Assembly: GCA_951406725.2 (NCBI GenBank)
Contig: OX597831.1
Coordinates: forward strand, 59,334,001-59,398,000
Length of the DNA: 64,000 nt
DNA from: Octopus vulgaris
Lineage: Eukaryota
Direction of reading: 5' to 3'
Below are positions 27,901 to 41,549 of the stretch, in pieces. The translations under genes and the position numbers were made by a program. Position 1 is the stretch's first letter. Each line of letters begins with the position of its first letter. The notes beneath the pieces are model-generated. The model was given only the letters and a program-made list of their open reading frames with translations, ran no database searches and had not been told where the DNA came from.

Positions 27901-28287
27901 TATTCCTACATCTGACAGTCTGTCTGTCTGTCTATCTAACTATCTATCTCCCTACTACCTACCTACATACCAACATACATACATAAATACATGCATACGT
28001 ACATACCTATCAACCTACTTACTTCTTACCTACCTATCTCTTTCAGTCTACGTATTTATTTATTAATCTGATATTACTTAAACTTCACATTTTCTAATTT
28101 TTGCACGATTCCTGTATATTGAGAGAAAGTGATTATTTAATTAAATCGAAATGCTTTTTAACTGTCAATTATTTCATCCACTCCGAGCACATGAAATATA
28201 AAATCTGAGTGAGCAGGATTTAAATTCATAATTATTCCAACAATTGTATTTACAGTATTTTTCTTCATAATTTTGTTTTCTTGGGAG

Positions 28288-28438
<151 letters not shown>

Positions 28439-28461
28439 TCTACCATAGGAATGAGAACCCA

Positions 28462-28507
28462 GACACCTGATGAAGGCTGGTGGGTATATCAGTCGAAATG
28501 TCGTGTT
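28462..28507 (+). ncRNA. Minimal type I hammerhead ribozyme
   Basis: GACAC-CTGATGA-AGGCTGG TGGGTATA TCAGTC-GAAA-TG-TC-GTGTT; homologous copy at 56946-56991. Confidence 0.75.
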
Positions 28508-28962
28508 AACAACAAACAAGATGGGGACAAATATCCGTCAAATGTAAATAATATAAATAAATAAATAATAATAGCAGCACACGTTCCAGTTCAATATGAC
28601 TTCTTTATTGTTTGTCAGTTAGTTAGGTTAGGATTATAGTGATAACAACACAGAAGGAAATTCGTATAAATGAATACATGCAATCTCTCGCTCTCTCTCT
28701 CTTTATATATATGTATATATATATATATAAACTCTTATGTTCCCAACGCAATCCCAAACAGCCCAACCAAATCAGATGCATGCTGAATACATTTGGTGTT
28801 CGTTAGGTATGCTGATTTTATGTGTCTTGATTATGCCTGCACTGACGATTGAAAAGTACATTTTGTGCACTAATTATGAAATCATATGATCTGCGGCTGA
28901 ATCTGTTTTTAAGGAGCTCGCTGCGAGAGTTGCATACCCTCACGTTCGGTACACTGTATTTA

Positions 28963-29415
28963 TTATGGTAGTTTTGACTTTAAGAGTCCCTCGTAGCTTG
29001 AGGCATTTATGTATAGCAATGCTCTTAATATATATATATATATATATCCTTCATGCCAGGTTGAAGGGGTGTTTCTTTTGGTATGTCTTGGGTGGCATGA
29101 ATTAAATAGATGTTGGTTGGCATCTGGGGTTTTGTAAATTATGCCGGTTTCTATTTTTAGACTTATTATTTTAATTAGTATATTCAAGAATCGGAACTCC
29201 TTTTCGTTGTATTCTATTGTGAACTGTATGATGCGGTTCAATAGTCTTTTCAATTCCAGGAGTTTGTCTGTGTTTTCATTCCAGAGGATGAAACTTTCGT
29301 CTAGGAATCTTTTCCAATTTTCTTTTATGTGTTGCGAAAGAGCGCTTCCAAAGGTGGATAATAAAGTTTCCTGGTATATTATTATTTCTAGATAGCCCAT
29401 TCTTAAGTTCGCATT
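28963..29415 (-). mobile_element. Penelope-like element RT fragment
   Basis: ANLRMGYLE...WKRFLDESFILW...IQFTIEYNEKEFRFLNILI...IETGIIYK.PD..QHL.FNSCHPRHTKRN.P matches PLE RT domains 5-7 and thumb. Confidence 0.9.
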
Positions 29416-29429
29416 GTCGATAAAATGTC

Positions 29430-29596
29430 ACCACCGCTTGAAACCGATTTTGGTGTACTTACATCCCAGTAACTTAGCAGTTCAGGAAAGACATCGATGG
29501 ATTAATTACCAGGCCTTTACAAAAAATACTGGGGTCGATTTATTCGACTAGAAGTGATCCAGGGCAGTGCTCCAAAACTGAAACAAATAAACGATA

Positions 29597-29600
<4 letters not shown>
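29430..29600 (+). mobile_element. SINE family A 3' half, degenerate
   Basis: AACCGAT..TGGTGT...AACTTAGC.GTTC...TACCAGGC...GGGGTCGATT...GTGCTCCA...CTGAAACAAATAAA. Confidence 0.7.
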
Positions 29601-29632
<32 letters not shown>

Positions 29633-29667
29633 GTAACTGTAATATGTAACAATTATTCGGTAGACAT

Positions 29668-29728
29668 GATAAAACTCTGAGTTTCGAATGCCGAAGTGGA
29701 AATCCACACCGCCATCTCTTCAGTTATC
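29668..29728 (-). ncRNA. Type I hammerhead ribozyme
   Basis: Minus strand: GATAA-CTGAAGA-GATGGCG GTGTGG ATTT CCAC TT CGGCATTC-GAAA-CTCAGAG-TT-TTATC. Confidence 0.78.
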
Positions 29729-29779
29729 CGGCGATCGGAAAAACACTATGCATTTGTCATAGTGTTTTTCCGATGGCCG

Positions 29780-29840
29780 GATAACGGAAGAGATGTCGGT
29801 GTGGATTTCCACCTCGGCATCCGAAACTCGGAGTTTTATC
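29780..29840 (+). ncRNA. Hammerhead copy with a core substitution (CGGAAGA)
   Basis: GATAA-CGGAAGA-GATGTCG...CGGCATCC-GAAA-CTCGGAG-TT-TTATC. Confidence 0.65.
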
Positions 29841-29954
29841 ATGGCTACCGAATTATTGTCACATATTACATTTACAGATAAATTCCTCTATTTGCATAAT
29901 ATCGAGGTCTCTTTCATTCTTTTGTTATCTTAACATTTTTATCAATATATATAT

Positions 29955-30660
29955 AATTGTTGATGACGATCTCAGTTGGAGTGCACACATCAAGAAGAAT
30001 GTCGATATAGCTCGTAGGATGAGTTCCTGGATCTTAAGAACTTTCCGGTCCAGAGAACAAGGTGTCATCATACCACTTTTTTCCTCCCTTGTACGGCCAC
30101 ACCTTGAATACTGCTGCCCACTGTGGTCTCCCCATACAAGACAAAACATCTCCAGAATTGAGTCTCCCCAGAGGGCACTCACTAAACAAATTGAAGGCAC
30201 GGCCGCTCTCGATTATTGGGATCGCCTTAAAGCCTTGAAACTTTACTCCCTCCAGCGTCGCCGTGAGTGGTACATCATTTGTACGATGTGGAGAATATAC
30301 CGCCAACTTTGCCCAAACGACCTTAACATTAGCTTCAAGGTTCATCCCAGACTGGGACCACGGGCCATACGACCCCTGCCCAATTCAAGATCACAACATA
30401 CATGTGCACTGCAACATAATTTCTTTTCCTCGACAGGCCCTGTCCTATTTAACATTGTTCCGAGGGAGATCAAAGAGGAAAAGGATCCTATCAATTTTAA
30501 ACGGAGTCTGGATAGATTCCTTCAAAGAATACCAGATAAGCCACCCATAATTGGATACAACTCACCCAACAAGAACTCACTACTTGAACAAAATTTGACT
30601 TAAACAAAACTTGCCTTAAACAGGATTCGAATAATCCTATCAGGTGGTGCTATTAAGTTA
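29955..30660 (+). mobile_element. 5'-truncated CR1/L2-type LINE (RT C-terminal ORF 30019-30603 plus 3' UTR)
   Basis: IIVDDDLSWSAHI...LFSSLVRPHLEYCCPLWSP...IESPQR..TKQI...LDYWDRLKALKLYSLQRRRE...FNIVP.EI...FKRSLDRFL. Confidence 0.92.
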
Positions 30661-30681
30661 GACCATATCTAAGTTTATCTA

Positions 30682-30828
<147 letters not shown>

Positions 30829-31771
30829 ATGTGTGTGTGTGTCTACTGGAACCAACAAATCTGAACACAGCAAACTCCATTAATAAACCGCCTTGAGGCA
30901 GAAATGCGTTTCCAAACCACTGCTAATACTATATTCGTCTCTCACCGATATATGTACAGTTGTTTCTAAACTGAGATGTTATCTCCGGACGAATACTTGC
31001 GTAAATTGCCTTTCAAAGTTCTATTCACATCGTGTATGTTGACTACATGGCAATTATAGTTTAAAACTACTTCTATTTCATATACAGGAAAAGTAAGCAC
31101 ACACATACACGCACACGCACGCATGCAAACACACGCACGAGCGCGTGCGAGCACAGACATATATACAACTTATGTTAAGCTATTTTATCTTCTGTTACTT
31201 TCAAAACTTCTGTTTACAGGTTATACTTTACTTAATGCACATCTATGTTCTCTTCTGTTCTTTTCTGTTTATTTTGTTGTTATAAACATTTTCTTAATCT
31301 TTATATTTACGAGACTTATGTCTGTGAAAATTCTTATTGTAGTGCAGAATTTTATAAAACAAATATCCAGTTGTCCCATGTTAACAAAGTAAAACTTAAT
31401 ATCATTTTATTATACGAACATATCTGCTGATATCAAACTGCAAATACTGTAGTATCAAACACGGAACGAGACTCCTCAGAGATTGTGCTATTGATTATCG
31501 TGTTAGTATAACAGATCTAGAAAACTCTATGGAAAACAACACGAAGAACATTATCTACACCAACCCACCCAGAACACATACAGGAGCACTTACACAAGCG
31601 AACAGATGCACAAACAAACGCATAGACATATGCAAAACTTATGTGTTAGTTTTCAGTCGGCGTAAGAAAAAATGCAAATAAAAATTACTTCTCGTTGTTT
31701 CATTTACGCATTTCGATTTCGTTGCTGGATATTTTACACGCAAGTTTTTTGCATATATACATATATATGCA

Positions 31772-31855
<84 letters not shown>

Positions 31856-32599
31856 TGTGTTTTAATCATAACTACCCTAAACTACCTCTGTGAGCTAAAT
31901 GAAGCGATATGTCTGAGTATGATCAGGAAGACCCATTGTTGTTGCTCCAAGTTCACCTTGGCTCATTCGGAAATTCGACTCGTAACCTATCAGATATCTG
32001 AATACGTCAGGATATGTTTTCAAGCCATTCTTACGGATTAATTCAACACATTTCTATCTTGCGCCCACTATACCGATCCAATTACCTACAAGTACTAATG
32101 AGTGGGATGTCTCTAGGAAAGAATGTAGTCAACTAAAAAAATCTGGCCGTCTTGTCTGTGCGGGTGCATAGACGAACGCTACTCTGACAGCACTACCTTT
32201 ATTGTAAATCACTTCCAGTACCAACAATTACCTTCCGGATTCAAGAGGATCGTCCCTACCTCTAAACCGCACATACACCAAAAAGTTCTGCCCTATTCCA
32301 CCAACCGATTAATCAGGGCACAAAATAGTACGCTTGCTGTTGTAAAAAATAGGGCTTAGTGCATGCGTCCCAGAAATTCAGATTTCTGCAACGGCGACCA
32401 CATCTAAGTCAAGTAGTCTGAGATCGTTTAGCAAGTGGCCTTGCTTCGAAGATGACACTACACCACTGCATAAATATGTTCTACTCTAAGTGACACCATA
32501 TTTGTTGGAGAAAATTGAGGGAGAGATTACTAACGACATTTCAAATTGAAGAGGTTGTATTTTGCTCTTGTAGGTGTTGAAGCGACTGTCTTGCTTATT

Positions 32600-33800
32600 A
32601 TATTAATGTGTTTTTAGTTTGTGGGTTTTGTTGATGTTGATGCTGTTTCATTGTCTGCACGGGGGTGTGGCAATTCGAGGCCCTTTTTGGTGTTTCGTCT
32701 ACGTTTCTTATTTCTGAAGTGCGTTACTACCTTTCGCTTTTTGTTTCTCGCCCTTTCTGGTGACCACTCTCTTCGCCCTAGATTTTTACGTCTTTCTTCT
32801 TATTCGAATGACATTCAGTGAGAAAAATGGAGGCTGATTTTTTAAAAATATGTACACTTTACAACAGTTCCTGATGTTGGTATTGGAGTCGTTGATGTCA
32901 TGGTTGTGGAATAGACTGTAAAAGGGATTTAGTTGTCTTTACAACGGAACGGAACGCCTTCCGAGATTGTGCAGCAACACACTTAATACTTGTCCTTCTT
33001 GTCTTCTACCACACAGAAACAGGGTCCTCAGTCTCTTCGTGAATGAGTAATTGGATTCTTTGTACACTTTCTGCAATGTCCCGCATCTGAATCTCTACGA
33101 TTCAGTCTACGATTTGTATGTGTTCGATTTCATGTTTACTTTCTACATGTTCTCCTCCAAGATTATTCTAAGATAACTCTCGTTTATTTCCAGAGTCACA
33201 TTGTTTAGTGTCACCTTACATAAAAGCCTTCCTAAACTAGAAGGTACGCGAACATATTCCGTAGAGGAGCAAATAACAGCAGCTAATTTTATAACCTCTT
33301 TTCGTTAAGTCAAAGAACTCCCGCTGCTTTCCTCTTCTAAGATCCCACACTAATATCACAGATCCTTTCAGCCTTTCTCTGCCTAGTTGGTGCTGCGTTT
33401 TCGAACCTTCTACTTTTCTTGTTGATACATTTAATAGATGAGAAGCTTCATGTTACTACTTCCTTCTACTCCTAAGGGAATACGATTAGATCCATCTAGC
33501 TGTGTAGCGTTGGTACCTCAAGTTGAAGACCATGTTCTCCGTAGTTTGAAGAATCTGTTTCCATTATTGTAGAGAACGACAGGCCTTCTTTTAAATTTGG
33601 TTGGTGCCATCGTCATTGTCGTCGTTTTCGTTGTTTACAAACTCAGTGTGTTTCTTCTTTTCCTTGTTGTGGCTAATGTTTATGTAGTTATTCTTAGCCA
33701 TGCTGCTATTGTTGGTGGTAGCCGTGATGACTGTTAGTTTGGTCGATTTTCTTACGTGTTTCATTTTGATGTTGCTCTTCTTGTTATTGTCGTTCGTGTT
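32600..33800 (-). mobile_element. Possible decayed LINE ORF1/gag-like remnant
   Basis: Strand-biased, purine-rich minus-strand sequence with a weak CVVE.RR..C..C..H-like stretch near 32940-33030; there is no intact frame. Confidence 0.3.
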
Positions 33801-35607
33801 AATATTTTGAGAGACACAATGAGGTGTCTGTTTAGGCTTGGTTTTTTCCTTTGTAGACTGACATTCTTTTCCCGCAGGAGTGGCCGTCGTTATGCTGGCT
33901 AACGCGCTAATTCATATACTACCGCTGCTTTGCGTAAATAAAAGGAATGTGTATTCGGCGGTCATTGAATGAGAGAGAAAGAAAGAAAGAATGGAACAAA
34001 TTAGATGGTACAGAAAGGCAGCGACATTAAATTTATGACACTCAAATAGAGAGAACCTGCTCTGTAGACTGTAGATGTTAGTTCGTGTGAGTTTTAGAAA
34101 TGTGCTACACCTTTCAAGGAAGAACAGCAGTCATGAATCTTCGCGGTTTTTCTTTGGGTTGATCGAGCACGTATGTCTAGGCTTTTGGAAAATCTATCTT
34201 GCATACAGGTTTGTTTATGTTTAGGCTGTATGTGCGCATATGTATATAATTGTAAGTAAGTGAACACGTAGGACAGTTCAAGGCAATGTTTTTAAGCCTA
34301 TTAAGCAATGTCAAACTACAGTGAAAACTGCGGAAAACACCGCAATAATAATACAAATCAAACGTCTTCAATCAATGTATTTACATCTCCAGATGGTATA
34401 AGATGTCTACATACTACAATTGTGTACTGTTTAAGTTTAATTATAACTCTTATACCTATTATAAATATTTCTCATAACATCAATGTGGCGCATCCATAAT
34501 CCTTTTTAAAATGCGGAAGGGAGAAACAATGGACGGTGAAAATTTCACTGCTTTTCATTTTAGGTTCCATCAATCAATTAAAACATGGGCTAAATAACAA
34601 AAGTGAAATTCTGATTTGTGTAAATAAAATTCCATTTTATTCGAACTATAATGACGCAGTGAAGTATATTGTGGTTACGTATACGTAATTAGTTGTGTAC
34701 AACAAACCAATTTTATCCTTTATAAACATATTTTGCCACGTCTCGCTTTTTCTTGGAACTCACCAATCTATACTACATTCTCATTATAGTAGTATTATAG
34801 AAGTATTGCAGATAGAATAAGCAGAACAAGAGGTAGATAAGTAGGACTGGAGGTTGCTGAAGTGTTCACAGAATGTGTGACAAAGAAATTATGATAGTAG
34901 TAGTAAAACCGAAGAGAAGACCTAATATATAGTGCATGATTTTAATTGGCAAAATATGATCGACCCCCAAGTATAAGAGGATATATATATATATATATAT
35001 GTGAGTGTGTGTGTATAGGAAAGAGTCGTCAGAATAAAATCTTTTTGCTTTTTCATTACTATTAGCGATTTCGTTCGTTTCTCGAAATTGTCAAGTAAGT
35101 TGTTTGTGAATGTACAAACACCTTGTTCATTTATATAAAACAGATGGTTTTGGGTGGGGGTTTGTTTAGATGAAAATATCATTGTTTCTTTTTTTCATAG
35201 ATAGGCTGATAGGTTGGTAGATAGGTGGATAGGGTGATAGATAGATAGTCAGACAGATAGATAGATAGGTAGAGAGAGGGAGGGAGTGAAGGAGGGTCCC
35301 TTTCCTCTTCACCTTCATTTATTCATTTACCATTGTATTAGAATGGGTTTAAGGATGGTGATCTCTTCAAAAAAGAAAAAAAAAACAGGTGCAGTGTGAT
35401 CATCACTGAAATTCTTTTTGGTTCCTCTTTCTTTCTTTGTTCTCCCCTTTGAGTTATATTTTGAATGTACTCTCGCCCCTTTTCTTTCAAACATTCAATT
35501 TTGGAGTGAATGCGTTGCTGAAATGTACTTCTGCATGAAAAAGCATTAGTATATTTGCAAATCTAAAATATTTTAAAATAAAAAAAAGTTAAAATATATG
35601 TAATATT

Positions 35608-35609
35608 AA

Positions 35610-35654
<45 letters not shown>

Positions 35655-35689
35655 AAGTAGAAGTAGTAGTTGTAGTAGTAGTAGTAGTA

Positions 35690-35757
<68 letters not shown>

Positions 35758-35760
35758 TGC
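35608..35760. repeat. (TAG)n microsatellite
   Basis: Seen directly. Confidence 0.95.
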
Positions 35761-36533
35761 AGCCATCCCCTGAAGGTTACCACTGTCCGAGTCTTAGTGT
35801 AAACAAATCTCAGCTATTGTAGGCCATTCACTATTTGTCTGAATAAATATAGTAATGATTTTTGTTTCATGCAGAACTACATTTCATCAAAAAGAGTCTC
35901 TCCCAAAATTTCATGTTTGAAAGAAAAGCGAAGAGAGTACATTTTGTATTCTAAATATAACTCAAAGAGTAGAAAAAGAAAGTAAGAGGAAAACAGAAGG
36001 AAAAAGGAAGCAAAAAGATGAACACACTTCACCTACGTTTTTTCCAATTGCTCGAAGAAATGCCGGTATTTTTGCAGCCGACAAAAAACTGCGCTTGCAT
36101 GCGGTGGATTTGAAAAATTATAGTGTATAAGCAAGAGGCACATGCTGGATTTGCCTCGTACTTATATGTTTGATATGGCGTACCTGTTCATGGAGACTTC
36201 GCCTAGCAAATTATTTTATTTGGTAAAAAATCCAGAAACCATGGTCCAAGAAATATATGGTAAATATTTTTATTTTTCATTTCCTTCGAGTTTTTATCCC
36301 TAATAGTGGTTTGGACTTTAGCTGTTTCTTCTAGCGTGAAAGGAATCCTATGAAGGATACCTCTTATGTGCTTAAATGTACACTGTATCTACATGAATAA
36401 TATATAGTATATTGACTAATTTTTCTAGACGCTAGGCCACAGGTACTAAAAATTTCTAAAATATTTATTACCCTGATATATATATATAAATAAAAGAATG
36501 GAGTCGAACGAAGATGTTAGCAAAATTCCTTTA

Positions 36534-36615
36534 CTCTCGACGTATGTCTCGAAGACAGCATAGTTTTATTCCAAAGGAATAAAGGATGCAAGATGCAATC
36601 TTCTCATCAGGAAAG
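36534..36615 (-). ncRNA. Hammerhead copy with GAAA->GAGA substitution
   Basis: Minus strand: CTTTC-CTGATGA-GAAGA...TCTTC-GAGA-CATACG-TC-GAGAG. Confidence 0.62.
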
Positions 36616-36667
36616 AAAGAGAGCCTCTCTCAACATCAAGACAAATAAAAATTTCGAGGCTCCCTTT

Positions 36668-36749
36668 CTTTCCTGATGAGAAGATTGCATCTTGCACTCT
36701 TTATTCCTTTGGAATGAAACTATGCTGTCTTCGAAACATATGTCGAGAG
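36668..36749 (+). ncRNA. Type I hammerhead ribozyme with a long stem II
   Basis: CTTTC-CTGATGA-GAAGA[43 nt]TCTTC-GAAA-CATATG-TC-GAGAG; GUC site at 36742-36744. Confidence 0.83.
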
Positions 36750-37000
36750 TAAAGGAATTTTGCTAACATCTTCGTTCGACTCCATTATTTTATTTATTCA
36801 TATATAACACAAATTTCTGCACATGAACCGGAGTTTCTACTCTTGGATAGGTCGCTTGAACCGTGTTTCTGACGTGAATTTGCTACCCTGGTATCGGTTC
36901 ATCGAATTTTCCATGCTGACGGTAAACAGGGGATAATTCATTCACCTATATATATATGTGTGTGTATATATATAAAAATTAGAGAAAAAGCACTATTATA

Positions 37001-37084
<84 letters not shown>

Positions 37085-37377
37085 AGCGCGTGCTTGTGTG
37101 TAAAAGAAGCTAAAAAGAGAGAAAATAGAAAGCCTCTGATATTGCCTTAAGTTTGCTAAAACCTTTTTATTTCAATCACAACACCTAACTTCAGAAGAAA
37201 AGAATAGTCTGAGGAGAGTCCAGTTATGTAGGTTTCGTCAATCAATTCAAATTCCCTATCGTTATGTAACAGTAGTAGTCACACTCCCAACGTAGGCGTA
37301 AACGACGTTCCACGCTTTGCTGTAAACACCCAACTGTTATTTATAAGCTGCTCACCAAACGTGGTGTGGCAGTTCTA

Positions 37378-37403
37378 TATTATTGTCATCATCATCATCA
37401 TCA

Positions 37404-37492
<89 letters not shown>

Positions 37493-37556
37493 ATTATCAT
37501 CATCATCATTATAATTGTTATTATCATTATTATTATTAGTAGTAGTAGTAGCTGTT

Positions 37557-37599
<43 letters not shown>

Positions 37600-37615
37600 C
37601 AGCAGCAGCAGCAGC
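37378..37615. repeat. Compound trinucleotide array (CAT)(TAT)(TGT)(TAG)(CAG)
   Basis: Seen directly. Confidence 0.95.
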
Positions 37616-37706
37616 CATCTTTGAGTGTTACCACTGTCCGAGTGTTAGTGTAAACAAATCTTTGCTGTTGTAGGCCACTCACTATTTTTCTGAATGCTGT
37701 CATAGG

Positions 37707-37942
37707 AACAACCATCTTTTGAGCGGGATGGGTTACTGAACCAGAAGGAAATTCTAACTGGACCCCACCTGCGTGATCATATGCTGTTTATCTTGATATG
37801 GGATCACCATGTCACGCAGCCTAGTGTACTCTTATCAGACGGGTAGTGATGATGGGTATACTGGGCTTCGTATATTTTACCCCAGCGTCAATTTGATGGC
37901 ATGCACTGCTCTCTCACTCAATAATAATAATAATAATAATAT
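37707..37942 (+). mobile_element. SINE/LINE-like 3' fragment ending in an (AAT)n tail
   Basis: GC-richer block ending CACTGCTCTCTCACTC(AAT)n. Confidence 0.5.
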
Positions 37943-38116
37943 AAAGCTCTCACATCACAGATGGCGAGGGGCAATATTTGACATTTTGTTTACATCGACA
38001 CGTGGAACATCGATTACGCATACGCTTGGAGAGTGAATGCTGCTGTTATATAATGTTAGGTGATTTGAATAGGTTAACGGAACCTGTATACCTGGAGTTG
38101 TCTCAGATTGTTCTAT

Positions 38117-38154
38117 TCTTCTGAAGATGGGCGTTTGCACCTGAAATATAAAGA
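38117..38154 (+). ncRNA. Minimal type I hammerhead ribozyme
   Basis: TCTT-CTGAAGA-TGGGCG TTTG CACCT-GAAA-TA-TA-AAGA; one mismatch in stem II. Confidence 0.62.
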
Positions 38155-38630
38155 TGTTATTAAAATTTGCACTTTGTCAGTAGCTTTCTATTTTCTGTTT
38201 CGTTACCTTCTTTGATATTACAATACGTCAAGGGAACTGCAACGCTCTTATAAATATGTGTATGTGTGTGTGTGTGTGTGTTTGTGCGTGTGTATAAAAG
38301 AATATATACATACATGTACACACATACATACGAACGAGTGTAACTGAAAAAGTAATGCAATTTTTATTTGTATCACAATGTGACTGTCGTATACGTATAG
38401 TTTTTCCTTGTTCTTTAATGTATATTTAATTGTCACAGTTCTCACGCTAACATGTAGAGTACGTTCTTAACAGGAGTCATCTTAGCAGGTGATTTTCTAT
38501 TAGAACGCTACATGCTCTAGAAGGATCAAACTCAAATGTCCAACAAAGAGTATGTACGTCGAAACAACATGTGGCAAATGTGTGATCAAATTTGTGACGA
38601 TGCAGCTGTTACAGATAAAATGAAAATAGA

Positions 38631-39043
38631 TACTCTTTTACTCTTTTACTCTTTTACTTGTTTCACTCATTTGACTGAGTCCATGCTAGAGCATCACCTT
38701 TAATCGAGTAACTCGACCCCGGGACTTATTCTTTGTAAGTCCAGTACTTATTCTATCGGTCTCTTTTGCCGAACCGCTAAGTGACGGGGACATAAACACA
38801 CCAGCATCGGTTGCCAAGCAATGCTAGGGGGACAAACACGGGCACACAAACACACGCGCACATATATATATACATATATACGACGGGCTTCTTTCAGTTT
38901 CCGTCTACCAAATCCACTCACAAGGCTTTGGTCGGCCCGAGGCTTAGTAGAAGACACTTTCCCAAGATGCCACGCAGTGGGACTGAACCCGGAAACATGT
39001 GGTTGGTAAGTAAGCTACTTACCACACAGCCACTCCTTCACCT
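38631..39043 (-). mobile_element. Full-length tRNA-derived SINE family A
   Basis: tRNA-like head, TTGGGAAAGTGTCTTC (CORE-like), internal (TA/TG)n and (GAGTAAAA)n tail. Confidence 0.9.
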
Positions 39044-40154
39044 ATGATATTGATAGATTTTTAGGAAAATAATTTGATGTAGTTATACCGATCAGAAATT
39101 TGGAAATTTATTTCCAAATGTAGAAGCTGAACGAAATATGTTCAAAATCCTTTTCCCCTTCTATAAGGCGATTGTTATTGTGTGCCTTAGATGAAGATGT
39201 TCATGGTTTCTCTACCTGTTTTTAGATTGGAAATGTGAGTCTAATTGGATAAATATTTCATTATTCAAATACACATTTCATGTTTGATAGTCCTTTCCCT
39301 AGTATTTCCACGCGTTCACCGATAATAAATATCTAGTTGCTAAACTAAACCCGACTGCTGTCCATACAGTGAAATCTGTCAAATAAGTGTAGCAAACTTT
39401 CAATCTTTACCTAAAAATAAACCTCTTGTATTCTCTTAATTCCCTCTAGTTTCCCTTTATCAATATCTGTGCTATTAATATATTTCCTTGGAGAGAAATG
39501 TCAGCATTCATTACAAAATTGGTTTCATATGGGCATTCTTTCCTTTAATTAAATCATTCCTTTTTTCCAGTGTGGCAGCTGTGATTTTCGATACTATCGA
39601 ATGTTACTAAATACACACTTATATGTAAATTAAGTCTTGTGGATGGCGTGTTCAAATTTCATCATCAGCAAAGTTAATGCCACCGTTATCGCTTTCAATG
39701 TCAACAAGCAGCCAAAATCAATCTCAATCGATTAATTTCGACTCACCACATCACTACTGTACTTCACAGAGATAAAGATACTCAGTAGTAACATACCCAA
39801 ATACAATATACATTTAAGTTAGAAAACATCCACGATGCATAATTCTGCAAATATAACTATTTCGGAAAGAAGCATCGAAGGAAGTTCGAGCCCGATCAAT
39901 TCAAAATGATATGGTCGCTAAATAATGAACGGATCAAAAACTTTTGAAATGAAATGACATATCCTAGAAATGGCTACACCTTCAAAGACAGCAGCAAAAT
40001 GTACACCATTTAAACAGCAATGAAACAAATAACTGAGCATCTGTATATGATAACCTGTTTTGCATCCATTCCTAAATGTCTCTTGAAAAGCATTAAACCA
40101 AGCTCACATGTGTAACACCAAGTTTCCAAATAAATAATACTCTAATATTTCGAG

Positions 40155-40368
40155 GGCGGCGAGCTGGCAGAATCGTTAGCACGCCGGGCAAAATGCTTAG
40201 CGGTATTTCGGCTGCCGTTCCGTTCTGAGTTCAAATTCAGCCGAGGTCGACTTTGCCTTTCATCCTTTCGGGGTCGATAATTAAGTACCAGTTACAAACT
40301 AAGCCCTTTGTCTGTCCTTGTTTGTCCCCTCTGTGTTTAGCCCCCTGTAGGCAATAAAGAAATAAATA
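40155..40368 (+). mobile_element. tRNA-derived SINE family B
   Basis: GGCGGCGAGCTGGCAGAATCGTTAGC...GAGTTCAAATTC (B-box)...CAATAAAGAAATA. Confidence 0.9.
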
Positions 40369-41549
40369 CTCGATGGTACCAGATATATTATTCATTCCAT
40401 ATCCAGAATATTGTTTGTAAATACAACTCATTATGTACGTATTCATATATTTGAATGTGTGTGTATTATGCGTAGAGGGGTATATCTATGTATCAATCTA
40501 TGCACGTATACACAGGTACACACAGGCACACACACACACACACACACACACAACCATACACAAACACATATGCACACATTATATAATTAATGGCTTCCAC
40601 TATAATGAGTGGATTTAAGTAATGGACTCTGAAAGAAGCTCCTTGTATAATATAGTGACATATACATGTGTATATGAGTGTGTTTGTCCCTTACCCCCGA
40701 CTGACAAACGGTATTCACTTTACTTCCCTTACTTCCGGCGATCCAGCAGTTCAGTACTGAAATTCTTGTAGACGATATATCCAAATATTTTGTTACTAAA
40801 TTCTTCATAGCAGTGCATGGAAGTAGTTCATGGTTGCAGCAGTTAGAAGAAAGTATAATACTTCATACTTCCAACAACTGTTTCGATTGTGCATATAAAA
40901 TAAGTTATAAATTTATGGCTTAAATTTGCATTTATAAGGTATAACCACAATATAATCAAGGGAAAATATATACAATAAAATATTACACCTTGACCACTTA
41001 GTTCATACTTGTAGACTAACTATGTGGAGTTATTTTATTTATATTTATGTGTGTGCTTGAAGGCTGAGGGATTGGTTCGAAAATAGTAAGAAAGAAAGTA
41101 AAATAAGTTATAAGGTAGAATAAAATAAAATAATATAAAAAGTAAATATGATAAAAATAAAAATAAAAAAAGAAATAAGATAAAATATAAATAAAGTAAA
41201 TAAATAAGTAAAATTATGGTAAAAATAAAATAAGGAAGAATGTATTGATCAGTTCCTAAAAGCTGGAGAAAATTAAATCAGTTTACATGCGGTGAAGCGT
41301 TTCATAAAATATTAGATCATAAGTGTTTTACAATATATGCGTGTGTAGAACTATATGGTAATAAAAGACTGACACTAATAATCGTATGCATATACATGTA
41401 TATATATATATATTTATATATATAAATACACATACACACACTTATATATAAATACATCCATACATATACGCGTATGTGTGTATACGTGTCTCTATATATA
41501 TATATATATGCACGCATACACGTTCGTATACACACATATGCGCATACAT

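Larger units (their letters stand above)
29629..29879. repeat. ~120-bp-arm fold-back with a hammerhead in each arm
   Basis: Arms meet at ~29754 (AAAACACTATG/CATAGTGTTTT); (TA)n on both sides. Confidence 0.92.
36488..36797. repeat. ~140-bp-arm near-perfect fold-back with a hammerhead in each arm
   Basis: 36488-36627 is the reverse complement of 36656-36797, with a ~28-nt loop; TA-rich flanks. Confidence 0.95.

Noticed and set aside
30019-30603. 194-aa ORF as a host gene
   Set aside because: It is the C-terminus of a 5'-truncated CR1/L2 LINE ORF2.
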